Below are positions 17,618-28,295 of a stretch of DNA of 64,000 nucleotides, one piece after another. The notes beneath the pieces were generated by a model that worked only from the letters and a program-made list of their open reading frames with translations, did no database searches and was not told the origin of the DNA. How positions within the stretch are numbered: position 1 is the stretch's first letter; each line of letters opens with the position of its first letter. This DNA comes from Candidatus Velthaea sp. (GTDB lineage Bacteria; Vulcanimicrobiota; Vulcanimicrobiia; Vulcanimicrobiales; Vulcanimicrobiaceae). The DNA lies in the NCBI GenBank assembly GCA_965214935.1, contig CBDCCS010000018.1, positions 384,001 to 448,000 of the forward strand, written 5' to 3'. A program made the position numbers and the translations under genes.

Positions 17618-19735
17618 ATGTTAACCGGTTCGGAACACGAGACGCAGGTCCGCCCGGCGCCGCCGGCGGCTTCGCTCGAGCTCGACGACCCGGCGCTGTA
17701 CATCAGCCGCGAATCAACTTGGATTGAATTCAACAACCGGGTCCTCGAAGAGGCGCTCGATGAAAGCAATCCGCTACTCGAGCGGCTGAAATTCATCGCG
17801 ATCTTCGGCACGAATCTCGATGAGTATTTCATGATCCGCGTTGCTGCGCTCAAGCAACAAGTCGAAGCCGAGATTCATAAGCGTTCGGACGACGGGCGGT
17901 TGCCCGAAGAGCAGCTGGCAGCGATTTTCGATGCGTTGCACGTTTCGCTCGATCGCCAAATGCGCTGCCTGGACGAACAGATTCTGCCCGGCCTCGAGCG
18001 GCACGGTATCCGCATCCTTGATTATGACGAACTCGACGCACGGATGCGCGTCGCGATGCGCAAATACTTCGACGAGCGGGTTTTCCCGGTGCTCACGCCG
18101 CTGGCGATCGATCCGAGCCATCCGTTCCCATATATCTCGAATTTATCGCTATCGCTGGCGGTCGAACTGCAGGAAACGACGGCCGGAATCTCAGCAAGCT
18201 ACTTTGCGCGCGTGAAAGTACCGGGCAGCTTACCGCGCTTCGTTCCGATCGATGCGGCAACTCCGGGTCAGCGCTGGTTCGTCATGCTCGAAGATCTCAT
18301 TGCGCACAATCTCGGTGCACTTTTTCCCGGCATGAACGTGTGCAGTTCGTACGGCTTTCGGGTAACGCGCGACGCCGATCTCGATCTGCAAGAAGATGAA
18401 GCCGACGATTTGCTGCGTGCCATCGAATCGGAACTGCGCAAACGCCGCTTCGGCGAACCCGTGCGCTTGGAGATCGCGCGCGGGATGCCCGCTCATCTAC
18501 GCGATAAGCTGCTCGACGCACTAGCGTTGAGCGCCGTCGATTGCTACTCGATCGACGGCATGCTCGCGACATCGGACGTTTGGACGCTGGTCAATATCGA
18601 TGACCCGGCGCTACACGATCCGCCGTTCACGCCGGCTATTCCGAAGCGGCTGATCGGAACGACCGATCTTTTCGCAGCGATTCGCGAAGGCGATTTGCTG
18701 CTGCATCATCCGTACGAGTCGTTCGATCCCGTCGTGCAGTTCGTCAATCAAGCCGCAAACGATCCGGACGTGCTCGCCATCAAGCAGACGCTTTACCGGA
18801 CCAGCGGTAATTCGCCCGTCGTCGGAGCGCTGATCGATGCCGCCGAGAACGGTAAACAAGTTGCGACGCTTATCGAACTCAAAGCTCGCTTCGATGAAGA
18901 AAATAACATCCACTGGGCGCGTAATCTCGAACGAGTCGGGGCCCACGTCGTCTATGGTTTGGCCGGACTCAAGACCCACGCCAAAGTCACGTTGATCGTG
19001 CGCAACGAGCCCGAAGGCATTCGGCGCTACATGCACTTCGGCACCGGCAACTATAACGATCGCACGGCAAAAACGTATACCGATCTGAGTTTATTTACGT
19101 GCCGCACGGTGCTGGGTGCGGACGTCACGCAATTGTTTAATGCACTTACGGGATTCTCGAAAAGCGACACGTACGAGGAGTTACTCGTTGCGCCGGTCGG
19201 TTTGCGGCCCGGCTTCGAGGGCCTCATCGAGCGCGAAACGGAGCACGCAATTGCCGGGCGCCCGAGCGGTATCCGCGGGAAAATGAACGCGATCACCGAC
19301 GCCGGGATTGCGCGTGCGCTGTATCGGGCTTCGCGGGCCGGCGTGCCGATCGACTTAATCGTTCGCGGCATGTGCGTGTTGCGGCCGGGTATCCCGGGGG
19401 TCAGCGACACCATACATGTCAGCAGCATCGTCGGCCGCTTTCTCGAACACTCGCGGATCTTCGTCTTCGAAAACGGCGGCGACCGCGATGTCTACGTCGG
19501 TAGCGCCGATTGGATGGGACGCAATCTCGACCGGCGCGTCGAAACGGTCGTGCCGGTGCTCGATGCGCAACTGCGTGAAACGATCGTTCACGATATCCTC
19601 GATCTCATGTTTGCCGACAATGTGAAGACGCGCGTGTTGCGCTCGGACGGCAGCTACGAACGTCGACCTGCGATGCCGGGTGACGACCGGATCAATGCTC
19701 AGGATACGCTGCTGCGCCGATATCAAGCCGTCTAA
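17618..19735 (+). CDS. ppk1: Polyphosphate kinase 1
   Basis: RES.W.EFN.RVL, HHPYESF, KQTLYRTS, ELKARFDE, KTHAK, GTGNYN, GRFLEH. Confidence 0.97.
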   Translation: MLTGSEHETQVRPAPPAASLELDDPALYISRESTWIEFNNRVLEEALDESNPLLERLKFIAIFGTNLDEYFMIRVAALKQQVEAEIHKRSDDGRLPEEQLAAIFDALHVSLDRQMRCLDEQILPGLERHGIRILDYDELDARMRVAMRKYFDERVFPVLTPLAIDPSHPFPYISNLSLSLAVELQETTAGISASYFARVKVPGSLPRFVPIDAATPGQRWFVMLEDLIAHNLGALFPGMNVCSSYGFRVTRDADLDLQEDEADDLLRAIESELRKRRFGEPVRLEIARGMPAHLRDKLLDALALSAVDCYSIDGMLATSDVWTLVNIDDPALHDPPFTPAIPKRLIGTTDLFAAIREGDLLLHHPYESFDPVVQFVNQAANDPDVLAIKQTLYRTSGNSPVVGALIDAAENGKQVATLIELKARFDEENNIHWARNLERVGAHVVYGLAGLKTHAKVTLIVRNEPEGIRRYMHFGTGNYNDRTAKTYTDLSLFTCRTVLGADVTQLFNALTGFSKSDTYEELLVAPVGLRPGFEGLIERETEHAIAGRPSGIRGKMNAITDAGIARALYRASRAGVPIDLIVRGMCVLRPGIPGVSDTIHVSSIVGRFLEHSRIFVFENGGDRDVYVGSADWMGRNLDRRVETVVPVLDAQLRETIVHDILDLMFADNVKTRVLRSDGSYERRPAMPGDDRINAQDTLLRRYQAV

Positions 19736-19748
19736 GGCTGCGCCTGTC

Positions 19749-20213
19749 TCACGATGCGGCCGCCGCCATCGCTTCGATGACGGACCATTGCCCGGCGCTA
19801 ACCGGTTGTACCGACAGTCGTTGACCGCGGCGCAACAAAGGCATGCCTTCGAGTGCCTTTACCGTGCGCAGCGAATCCAGCGTGATCAGGTGCTCGAATT
19901 TGCGCACGAACTCGACATCCACCATCCACCATTTCGGGCGCTCGCGGCGCGACGTCGGATCTTCATATTCGTGTCCGGGCTCGAACTGCGTGAAGTCGGG
20001 ATAGGCCTCGCGAACGACTTGTAGGATACCGGCAATTCCCGGCGGCTTGGTACTTGAATGATAGAAAAAGCCGAGGTCGCCGGCTTGCATTTCACGCATG
20101 AGATTGCGCGCTTGAAAGCTGCGCACGCCCGACCATTCCGTACGGCCCTCCCGCTCGAGCCGGTCGATGCCGTAAACATCCGGTTCGCTTTTCAAGAGCC
20201 AATAGTTCGCCAT
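19749..20213 (-). CDS. EVE domain protein
   Basis: YWLLKSEP, W.GVR.FQARN, FFYHS, RLSVQPV. Confidence 0.92.
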   Translation of the reverse strand: MANYWLLKSEPDVYGIDRLEREGRTEWSGVRSFQARNLMREMQAGDLGFFYHSSTKPPGIAGILQVVREAYPDFTQFEPGHEYEDPTSRRERPKWWMVDVEFVRKFEHLITLDSLRTVKALEGMPLLRRGQRLSVQPVSAGQWSVIEAMAAAAS

Positions 20214-20326
20214 GCGCCGCCCGTCCCGAACATTGCTATGGCGGAATGATGCGCGTATTTGTAAGTATTTCCCTTACAAATGCGCTATCCGTCAACTTTT
20301 CGACCGCTGCACCCGACGAAGTATCG

Positions 20327-23300
20327 ATGGGAGGCGCGACTGAGCGGACGACCGCGGACAAGACGTCGACTGACGCCTTCGATTTAACGATCGCACAGCG
20401 TACGGAGCGATTGCAAGCGATCGTCATCTGCACGTTGCTTGCCGGCGGCGCGAGTCTCGCCGCAGTTTTCGGCTCGGGCCAGGGTCCTGCGATTCACTCG
20501 CTCGTCCCGATAACGGCGACCATTTGGTCGTTGGCCGATCTGTTAACCGGATTTTTACTGCTCGCTCAATTCTCCGTTAACGGCCGTACGTCATTTGCGA
20601 TCTTAGGTATCAACTACGCCGTCTGCGGTTTGTTGACGTGGGCGTTTCTTATTACATTTCCGGGAGTCGTCGCACCGCCGACCGGAACGGCCGGGGAGCT
20701 CGACCGTTTTGTTTACTTCTGGCTTTTGGCGCACTGGATCTTTCCGATCCTGACCGTCGTATCGGTGCTCGTGAGCGACGTCCGGCAAGCAGTTGTCGCA
20801 ACGCAACGGTCGCGGATGATTGCCACGCCGCTGGTGTTGCTGATACCGCTCGTCGTTACAGCGGTCATCGTCGTGTTTATCTTTCGCGAGTGCAATGTGT
20901 TGCCGTATCCGGTCGTCGGCGGCCGAATGCAGCCGATCGACCACAATGTCTTTCAACCGGCGGTCATGATTCTTAACGCAGCGGCATGCGTGCTGCTGGC
21001 GGCACGCGGTAAGCGCCTGACGTCGCTGCAGCTGTGGCTGTGCGTGGCTATGACGGCGAATTGCCTCGACTCGTTGCTCATCACCTACGGTGCGACGGTG
21101 TATTCGTATGCTTGGGACGCCGGCAAGTTTCTGGCCGTCGTCGCCTCGAGCACCGTTCTGATCATGGCCCTGCGCGGAATAACCAAACTGTACCACCGCC
21201 AATTCAGCATGACCGAACAGCTAGAAGCCGACATTGCCGAACAACGGTCGGCGCAGACGCAGCTGCGCGAACACAACCGGCTCTTGGCAATGGCCGGCGA
21301 CCTTGCCCACGTCGGTCATTGGCGGCTCGAACTCAGTTCGCTTGCGCTGAGCTGGTCGTCCGAAATGTATCGCATACACGGTCTGCCGACGACACATTGC
21401 CCGTCGTTCGTTAGTGACTTTGCGGCCTACCATGCCGAGGACCGGGAAGTCGTTTGGCAGCAGCTGCAAACGGCGATCGGCGAGGGGCGGGCATTTGAAT
21501 GCGATGCCCGCATCGTGCATCATGACGGCAGCGTGCGTGATGTCGTGGTCAACGGCCAAGCCGAACGCGGCGTCGCCGGCAACGTCGTTGCAGTCTTCGG
21601 CGTAACGCAAGACGTTACCGCGCTCAAAGCCGCTCAACGCGAGCGTGACGTGCTGCTGCGCAGGTCCACCGTAGCTACGCGTGCCGCGCGAATCGGTATT
21701 TGGCAGTGGGATGTGGTGTCGGATACGCTGATCTGGGACGAGACGATGTTCCGCCTGTTCGGACGGCAAGAGACGGCCGACATGCTAACCTCAGCTTTCT
21801 ACGTACAGTCGCTTCATGCCGAAGATCGCGATCGGATCGTCGTAGAGTTGGCAACGACGAGCGCAGCGGAAATCGACCAAGAGTTTCGGATCCTTTGGGG
21901 CAACGGCGAGATCCGGCACATTCATTCGATCGCGACCGTCGTGCGAGCCGCCGATGGAACGACGGCGCGAATGACCGGTGCGGCCTGGGATATCACCGAA
22001 TTACGCCGGCTCACCCAAGAATTGCTCGACGACAAGCAGCTGCTCGCTGCCGTCAATAGCAAGCTCGATTTAAGCGAACGTCGCTCGCGCACGCTCACCG
22101 ATGCAATGCCGCAATTAGTCGGCATCCTCGATAGCCGGAAATTGCTGACATATGCGAACCGGCAGTGGTTCCACTACACCGGCACGACGCCCGATGCCGC
22201 CGCGCCGCTGGCGCCGGCCGAGCTGTTTCATCCGGATGACACGGAAGCGGCGTTGGCAAGTCTAAGCGTCTTGCACCTCACGCCGAACGTTGAATTCGAG
22301 GTCCGCGTCCGTCAGCCGGACGGCGCATACCGCTGGCATCAAGCGCGAGTCGTTCCGCTCGGCGATACGCTCGCCGGCACCGAGCAATGGATCGTGACCT
22401 TCACCGACATCCAACTCCGCAAAGCGGCGGAGATGGTGTTGCGCGAGGAGCATCGGCTCATGTCGATGGCCGAAGAATTAGCGAGCATCGGGCACTGGCG
22501 GTTCGATGTTATCAACAACACGCTGTTTTGGTCCGATGAAATCTACCGCACGCACGGTCTTGCCGTAAGCCAGCCGCCGTCCATCGAAGCCGCACTTTCG
22601 GCTTATCACCTAAACGACAGCGAGCGGGTAAGCGACATTGTCGTGCAGGCGATAAAAAGCGGCGAGCCCTTTCAATTCGAAGCGCGAATCAGCCGGCCCG
22701 ACGGCACGATTCGCGACGTCGTTTCGAGCGGCCGAGCCGAACGTGGGCTCGATGGACGCACGGCCGCAATCTTCGGCGTGCTGCACGATGTTACGGACCT
22801 GCGCGCAGCCGAGCTCGAGCGGACACGCTTGCTCGAACGCGTGACGCTCGCGACCCAAATCGGGAACATCGGCATTTGGGAATTTGACTTTGCCGACGGC
22901 AAACTTGTCTGGGATGCAGTCATGCTCGCGCTGTACGAAGTCGAACCGGGGGTGCAACCGACGTCCGAGCATTGGCTCAGCGCGGTTCATCCGGACGATC
23001 GCGAACGCATGGTCTATGAAAACGAACGCGCCGCGAGCGGTGAAACGTCGCTTGATAGCGAGTTTCGAATCGTAAGGAAAGACGGCGCCGTTCACCACAT
23101 TCGCGTGATGGCCAAAATGATTTGCGACGCCGCCGGCATTCCGACGCGTTTGGTCGGCACGAATTGGGACATCACGAACGTTCGGCGCGCCGAGGCGGCT
23201 CTGCGTGCCAGCGATCAGCTCTTTCGGCAAGTTGAAGAACACACGCCCGTTGGTTTGGCGCTCGTCGGCGTCGACGGAACGCTGCTGCGCGTCAACCGTT

Positions 23301-24787
23301 CGCTGTGCGAGCTAATCGGCTACGAGAGCACCGAACTGCTGCGGTCCAACCGCGAGTCGCTAACGCATCCCGAGGACATCGCTCGAGATCGCGCCGCCAC
23401 GCACGAGCTCTTGAGCGGAAGCATCCCGAGTTACGAACTCGAGAAGCGTTACATTCGTAAGGACGGCGGCATCGTTTGGGCGTACGTGTGCGCGTCGGTC
23501 GTGCGAGACGACGCCGGGCTTCCGCTCTATCTTATCGCGCAGATCCTCGATATTACGGCGCGCAAGTTAGCTGAGGCCGAACGCAAGGCGCATAGCGCCG
23601 CAGTCGCGGCCACGGACGCCAAAGCTCGCTTCATCGCGACGATGAGCCATGAAATCCGCACGCCGATGAACGGCGTGATCGGAATGACCGAATTGCTCGC
23701 GCTGTCCCCGCTGACCGACGAACAAACAGAGTATGTCAAGGTCGTCCGCGAGTCGGGCCGGTCGTTATTGCGAATCATCGACGACATTCTGGACTTCTCG
23801 AAGATTGAAAACGGCAAACTCGATATCGACGTACAGAACTTCCGTTTGCAAAGCCAACTCGACTCGGTCGTGGCTCTCGTCACGCCGCAGTTCGAAGAAA
23901 AAGGCGTCGCCTTAACAACGCTGGTCGACCCGACGGTGCCCGATAATTTGCGCGGTGATCCGGGCCGCTTGCGCCAAGTGCTGATCAATCTGGTCGGCAA
24001 CGCATTGAAGTTTACGCCTGCCCAAGGCAACGTCCGCATTCTCGTTACGGTAGAGCCGCCGCAAGATACTTTGCTGATCCGCTTTACGGTTGTCGATACG
24101 GGAATCGGTATTGCGCCCGAGGCGCGACATCGTCTATTCCAGCCGTTCTCGCAAGTCGACAGTTCGACAAGCCGTAAATACGGCGGTACCGGACTCGGGC
24201 TTTCGATCTGCAAGCAACTCGTTGAATTGATGGGCGGCCGGCTAGGCGTGGAGAGTATTCCGGGCGCCGGATCGTCGTTCTCGTTCGTGTTGCCGCTGGT
24301 CGCCGAAATGCCCGGCGAAGCCGGCATCAACGCCGTCGAACCGATTCCCGCCGACCGGCGTGTCCGGCCGCGGCGCCGGCCCGAACGCTTATTGTTAGCG
24401 GAGGACAATCAAGTCAACGCATTGCTGGCGATTCGGCAATTCGAGCGTCTCGGCTTCGACATTACGGTCGTCGGCGATGGACGACAGGCCGTCGAAGCGT
24501 TACGGCAGCAGCCCTTCGACCTCGTTTTCATGGACTGTCACATGCCCGGCATGGACGGTTTCGAGGCGACCCGAGCGATTCGCGCAGACGAGCAGCATGG
24601 AAAGCATACGCCGATCGTCGCGATGACCGCGAACGCTCAAGCCGAGGATCGCGAGCAGTGCCTGACTGCCGGCATGGACGACTATATCAGCAAACCGGTG
24701 AGTCTTGCCGAATTAGATACGCTGCTCGACCGGATGCTTCGCCGGGCCGAACCGGTCGCGCACTCGGCGCCGATCGGCTCAACCTGA
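20327..24787 (+). CDS. Membrane (MASE4-like) multi-PAS hybrid histidine kinase with receiver domain
   Basis: N-terminal TM region; about 6 PAS/PAC domains; MSHEIRTPMNG, NALKFT, DTGIG, GTGLGL; REC with FMDCHMP. Start may be 20246. Confidence 0.9.
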   Translation: MGGATERTTADKTSTDAFDLTIAQRTERLQAIVICTLLAGGASLAAVFGSGQGPAIHSLVPITATIWSLADLLTGFLLLAQFSVNGRTSFAILGINYAVCGLLTWAFLITFPGVVAPPTGTAGELDRFVYFWLLAHWIFPILTVVSVLVSDVRQAVVATQRSRMIATPLVLLIPLVVTAVIVVFIFRECNVLPYPVVGGRMQPIDHNVFQPAVMILNAAACVLLAARGKRLTSLQLWLCVAMTANCLDSLLITYGATVYSYAWDAGKFLAVVASSTVLIMALRGITKLYHRQFSMTEQLEADIAEQRSAQTQLREHNRLLAMAGDLAHVGHWRLELSSLALSWSSEMYRIHGLPTTHCPSFVSDFAAYHAEDREVVWQQLQTAIGEGRAFECDARIVHHDGSVRDVVVNGQAERGVAGNVVAVFGVTQDVTALKAAQRERDVLLRRSTVATRAARIGIWQWDVVSDTLIWDETMFRLFGRQETADMLTSAFYVQSLHAEDRDRIVVELATTSAAEIDQEFRILWGNGEIRHIHSIATVVRAADGTTARMTGAAWDITELRRLTQELLDDKQLLAAVNSKLDLSERRSRTLTDAMPQLVGILDSRKLLTYANRQWFHYTGTTPDAAAPLAPAELFHPDDTEAALASLSVLHLTPNVEFEVRVRQPDGAYRWHQARVVPLGDTLAGTEQWIVTFTDIQLRKAAEMVLREEHRLMSMAEELASIGHWRFDVINNTLFWSDEIYRTHGLAVSQPPSIEAALSAYHLNDSERVSDIVVQAIKSGEPFQFEARISRPDGTIRDVVSSGRAERGLDGRTAAIFGVLHDVTDLRAAELERTRLLERVTLATQIGNIGIWEFDFADGKLVWDAVMLALYEVEPGVQPTSEHWLSAVHPDDRERMVYENERAASGETSLDSEFRIVRKDGAVHHIRVMAKMICDAAGIPTRLVGTNWDITNVRRAEAALRASDQLFRQVEEHTPVGLALVGVDGTLLRVNRSLCELIGYESTELLRSNRESLTHPEDIARDRAATHELLSGSIPSYELEKRYIRKDGGIVWAYVCASVVRDDAGLPLYLIAQILDITARKLAEAERKAHSAAVAATDAKARFIATMSHEIRTPMNGVIGMTELLALSPLTDEQTEYVKVVRESGRSLLRIIDDILDFSKIENGKLDIDVQNFRLQSQLDSVVALVTPQFEEKGVALTTLVDPTVPDNLRGDPGRLRQVLINLVGNALKFTPAQGNVRILVTVEPPQDTLLIRFTVVDTGIGIAPEARHRLFQPFSQVDSSTSRKYGGTGLGLSICKQLVELMGGRLGVESIPGAGSSFSFVLPLVAEMPGEAGINAVEPIPADRRVRPRRRPERLLLAEDNQVNALLAIRQFERLGFDITVVGDGRQAVEALRQQPFDLVFMDCHMPGMDGFEATRAIRADEQHGKHTPIVAMTANAQAEDREQCLTAGMDDYISKPVSLAELDTLLDRMLRRAEPVAHSAPIGST

Positions 24788-24795
24788 CGCACGAT

Positions 24796-25149
24796 TTAGT
24801 GGAGGTTGATCGCCGGCGCAACGCCGCGTTCGCTAAACGTCTCGCTTAGCAACGTCTGCAATTCGCCTTTCTCGGCCATCGGGGCGAGAATGTCGGTATC
24901 GCCGTAAAATTGGCCCCGGATGAACACCTTGGGCAGCGTTTGCCAATCGGTCATCTCGGAGAGCACTTGGCGTTTGGGCATGTTTTCGAGAACGTCCACG
25001 ACGGTGAACGGATAGCCGAATCGGTTAAAAAACTGAATCGTTTCGAGCGTAAAACCGCAGCGCGGAGCATCTTTGGTTCCCTTGCCGTAAACGACAACCG
25101 CGTTCTCGGCAAGTTCCGCTTCTATTTGGGTACGAATCGCTTCTGACAT
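24796..25149 (-). CDS. grxD: Monothiol glutaredoxin (Grx4-like)
   Basis: KGT..APRCGFT, WQTLP; downstream of bolA. Confidence 0.85.
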   Translation of the reverse strand: MSEAIRTQIEAELAENAVVVYGKGTKDAPRCGFTLETIQFFNRFGYPFTVVDVLENMPKRQVLSEMTDWQTLPKVFIRGQFYGDTDILAPMAEKGELQTLLSETFSERGVAPAINLH

Positions 25150-25154
25150 CAGTG

Positions 25155-25388
25155 TTACTCCAAGAGTTCGGTACGAATTGCCAGAGCATGAATGCGCCCG
25201 TCGGCGCGTGCCCCGGCAATAGCTTTTTCGACCATTCGATGACGGTCGAGCGGCGACTTGCCTGCAAAATGGTTCGAACGTATCAACACGTCGAAGTGGT
25301 CCATGGTGCCGGTGCGGTCCCAAATTTGAACTTCGGCGTCGGGCAGGCTGGCTCGAATGAGCGCAGTCATCGTTCTATCGTCGATCAT
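25155..25388 (-). CDS. bolA: BolA family protein
   Basis: DHF, FAGKS.LDRHRMV, IHALAI. Confidence 0.9.
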   Translation of the reverse strand: MIDDRTMTALIRASLPDAEVQIWDRTGTMDHFDVLIRSNHFAGKSPLDRHRMVEKAIAGARADGRIHALAIRTELLE

Positions 25389-25389
25389 A

Positions 25390-25623
25390 TTACGGATTGA
25401 GTGGCTGCGAGCGCCGATTGGATTCGATGAGGTGCCGTAATTCGCGAATCGTGTCGGGTAGCGCGGGTGCCCCGGCGGCCAGCGCGCGCATGGCGCCCGC
25501 GGCGACGACGATCGTGGCGACGCCGAGCAGAATTGCCGGAACGCCTTGTGCTTTGAGGCCGCCGTAGCGTAATTTCGATGCTCGCAACGCTTTGGCGGGG
25601 TCGAGCAGTGCCAGATTCTTCAT
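25390..25623 (-). CDS. Small membrane protein upstream of bolA
   Basis: 77-aa ORF with one TM segment; ends 1 nt before the bolA start. Confidence 0.5.
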   Translation of the reverse strand: MKNLALLDPAKALRASKLRYGGLKAQGVPAILLGVATIVVAAGAMRALAAGAPALPDTIRELRHLIESNRRSQPLNP

Positions 25624-25672
25624 GCAAGTACGGGGCGGGGTGCGCCGGGACGCTAGGTGAATCCTCGCGCTC

Positions 25673-27286
25673 ATGAACAGGGAACCCGCTACCTTCGCAT
25701 GGGACGTTCCGCCGGATTTTAATTTCGCGCGCGATGTCGTCGACGTCTTGCCCGCGGAGCGGCGCGGCCTGCTCTTCGCCGATACCGCGGGGAAGCGCAC
25801 CGAAGTGACGTTCGGCGCGATTGCCGAGCAATCGCAGCGATGGGCGGCGGTTCTGCGCGCGGCCGGCGTCGGCAAAGGCGACCGCGTGCTCATCGTGTTG
25901 CCGAAGATACCGGATTGGCTCTTCGCGATGCTGGCGCTTCTCCGCCTCGGTGCCGTTGCGGTGCCCGGCGCCGAACAGCTCCGTGCCAAAGACCTCTTAT
26001 TTCGCGCAACACATGCCGGCGCGACGACGGCGATCGCCCATATCGATAACGCCGGAGAAGTTGATGCGATCGCCGCGGAGGCTCCGCACGTGCGCAGCTA
26101 CTTGCTCGTCGGCGGCACCCGCGACGGCTGGACGGCCGTCGAGCCGCTGCTTGCCGCCGCACGGCTCGATACCGGCAACCCGACGGCCAGCGACGATCCG
26201 GCATATATCGTGTATACCAGCGGGACAACGAAAGATCCCAAGGGCGTCGTTCACCGCGTTGCTTATACGTATGCCAAGCGCATGGCGGCAATGTTCTGGT
26301 TCGATTGCCGGCCGAACGATCTCGTTTGGTGTACGGCCGGTACGGGTTGGGCGAAGTCGCTTTGGAGCGTTCTTCTCGGACCGTGGTCGTGCGGTTCGTG
26401 CATCGTCTTGCATGAAGGCGGCTTTACGCCCGAAGCACGGCTGGATCTCATCCGCGATCTGGGCGTCAACGTGCTCTGCCAGGCGCCGACGGAGTACCGG
26501 CTCGAGGCGAAATTAGCCGACCTCGGCACGCGCTGGCAACTACCCGCGCTACGCCACTGCGTTTCGGCGGGCGAACCGCTCAATCCCGAAGTACTGGCGC
26601 GTTGGAAGGCGGCCTTCGGGCTGACGATTTATGACGGCTACGGGCAAACCGAGAATACGCTGCTGGTCGCAAATTTGCCGCAAATGACCGTTCGTCCGGG
26701 TTCGATGGGCAAGCCGACACCCGGTCACGACGTCGGAATCGTCGACGACGACGGTCAGCCGTGCGCGCGCGGGGTCGTCGGCAACATCGCTTTGCGCGGC
26801 CGCCCGCCATCGTTGTTCGCCGGCTACTATCGCAATGACGCCGAGACTGCGGCGACGCGCCGCGGCGAATGGTATCTCACCGGCGATCGGGCGCAAGTCG
26901 ACGACGACGGTTATTATTGGTTCGTCGGCCGGTCGGACGACGTTATTTCCTCGGGCGCCTATCGGATCGGACCCTTCGAGGTTGAAAGCGCCCTGCTCGA
27001 ACATCCGGCGGTCGCCGAGTCCGCAGTCGTCGGCTCGCCCGATGCCGATCGCGGTAACATCGTCAAGGCGTTTGTCGTCTTGCGTCCCGGTTGCGTGGCG
27101 TCGCCGCAACTCGTGCGCGAATTGCAAGACCATTGCAAACGCGTGACGGCGCCCTACAAATATCCGCGCGAAATCGAGTTTGTAAGCGAACTGCCAAAGA
27201 CGCGCTCCGGCAAAATCCGGAGGGTCGAATTACGCCAATCCGAGTTGTTGAAAAAGGGCGCCACGGCCGCCAGCGGTTTCCTCTAA
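25673..27286 (+). CDS. Acyl-CoA synthetase (medium-chain/ACSM-like)
   Basis: YTSGTT..PKG, AGEPLN, YGQTE, GRSDD, PYKYPR, LPKTRSGK. Confidence 0.92.
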   Translation: MNREPATFAWDVPPDFNFARDVVDVLPAERRGLLFADTAGKRTEVTFGAIAEQSQRWAAVLRAAGVGKGDRVLIVLPKIPDWLFAMLALLRLGAVAVPGAEQLRAKDLLFRATHAGATTAIAHIDNAGEVDAIAAEAPHVRSYLLVGGTRDGWTAVEPLLAAARLDTGNPTASDDPAYIVYTSGTTKDPKGVVHRVAYTYAKRMAAMFWFDCRPNDLVWCTAGTGWAKSLWSVLLGPWSCGSCIVLHEGGFTPEARLDLIRDLGVNVLCQAPTEYRLEAKLADLGTRWQLPALRHCVSAGEPLNPEVLARWKAAFGLTIYDGYGQTENTLLVANLPQMTVRPGSMGKPTPGHDVGIVDDDGQPCARGVVGNIALRGRPPSLFAGYYRNDAETAATRRGEWYLTGDRAQVDDDGYYWFVGRSDDVISSGAYRIGPFEVESALLEHPAVAESAVVGSPDADRGNIVKAFVVLRPGCVASPQLVRELQDHCKRVTAPYKYPREIEFVSELPKTRSGKIRRVELRQSELLKKGATAASGFL

Positions 27287-28230
27287 AGCAGAATGGGTTG
27301 CAGCGCCGGTGCGATTGCCAAACGGTCGCCGACGACCGCCGGCGCAAGCAGCGATAGGCCCGCTTTAGCAAGCAACGTGCTGCCCTTCGGCCCCAGTAAG
27401 AAGGCAACGAAGGCCGCCCCGCCCGCCGGATTGGCAGCGTTCGTCGGAATCGTCAAGGCGTAGACGCTCGGCGCTCCGGTGTAGGTGTGCGTCCCGACAT
27501 TTACCGACGCCGTTGCATATTGCGTAGCGTATTTCGGGTCGCCCAGATTGATCTGCGGCGGAAGTTCGAGGGCCGGCAAACCGCGCGAAACGGATTCCGT
27601 CGAGTACGCCCACAGCGCGTCGAGGTCACCGCTTGCGAGGCGGGCCAACGCGTCTTCTTCGGGAAGGATTTGTTGCGGGTTTCGGTCGTCACCCAAAACT
27701 GCGCGCGCGAGGCCGGGCCGCTTGTAAAACGCTTGCGCGAGTTGCATGACCAAAAGCACCCGGTAGCCTTTGGGATCTTGGCCCGGATCGGTTCGCGCCG
27801 TGACGACGCCGGACTCGAGCAAGACGTCGTACCACGTCTTCGAATCCGCCGCCGCAGCAGCGAAGTCGGCGGCATGTCGGCCGGCTAATGAGTATGCTAA
27901 AACGATGCGAGTGGCCGCAAAGGTCGCATACCATTTCGCCGCATCGTGCGCGGCCGAGCCGCGCAGCGAGTCGATCGCCGCGGTATCGGCCGAGATGAAG
28001 ACATCGGGCGTGCGCAACCCGTCGCGAATCAAGTTCGCAAGCGCCGTGCTGCCTTTGCCTTCACCCTCGTACTGATAGCCGCCGGCGGCGAACGCCGGAC
28101 CGATTGATTTTTCCATTGCCGTTACAAGCGAACCGGCATATGCGACGCGGACGGTAGTATCGGCCGCTTGAACGCAGGGGGGAATCGCAGCGGTCGCACC
28201 CGCTGCGGCCAGGAAAACGGATCTCTTCAA
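27283..28230 (-). CDS. Molybdate/tungstate ABC substrate-binding protein (WtpA-like)
   Basis: YAGSL, DVFISAD, TDP..DPKGYR, YALTIP; Tat-like N-terminus; TTG start. Confidence 0.8.
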   Translation of the reverse strand: MKRSVFLAAAGATAAIPPCVQAADTTVRVAYAGSLVTAMEKSIGPAFAAGGYQYEGEGKGSTALANLIRDGLRTPDVFISADTAAIDSLRGSAAHDAAKWYATFAATRIVLAYSLAGRHAADFAAAAADSKTWYDVLLESGVVTARTDPGQDPKGYRVLLVMQLAQAFYKRPGLARAVLGDDRNPQQILPEEDALARLASGDLDALWAYSTESVSRGLPALELPPQINLGDPKYATQYATASVNVGTHTYTGAPSVYALTIPTNAANPAGGAAFVAFLLGPKGSTLLAKAGLSLLAPAVVGDRLAIAPALQPILL

Positions 28231-28295
28231 CCGGCAAGCTCCTCGACGAATCGGCCGGCGTTAGAACGTTCGAGGACGTCCGGCCACGCCGTTGC

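Noticed and set aside
19749..20213. EVE domain as part of a modification-dependent defence system
   Set aside because: Stand-alone, with no adjacent nuclease or toxin.
20292..20320. Sigma28-like promoter upstream of the hybrid kinase
   Set aside because: TCAA...CCCGACGA is too degenerate and the spacing is ambiguous.
25673..27286. p-Coumarate-CoA ligase for PYP
   Set aside because: Motifs are ACSM/acetyl-CoA-synthetase-like and the gene is 36 kb from pyp.
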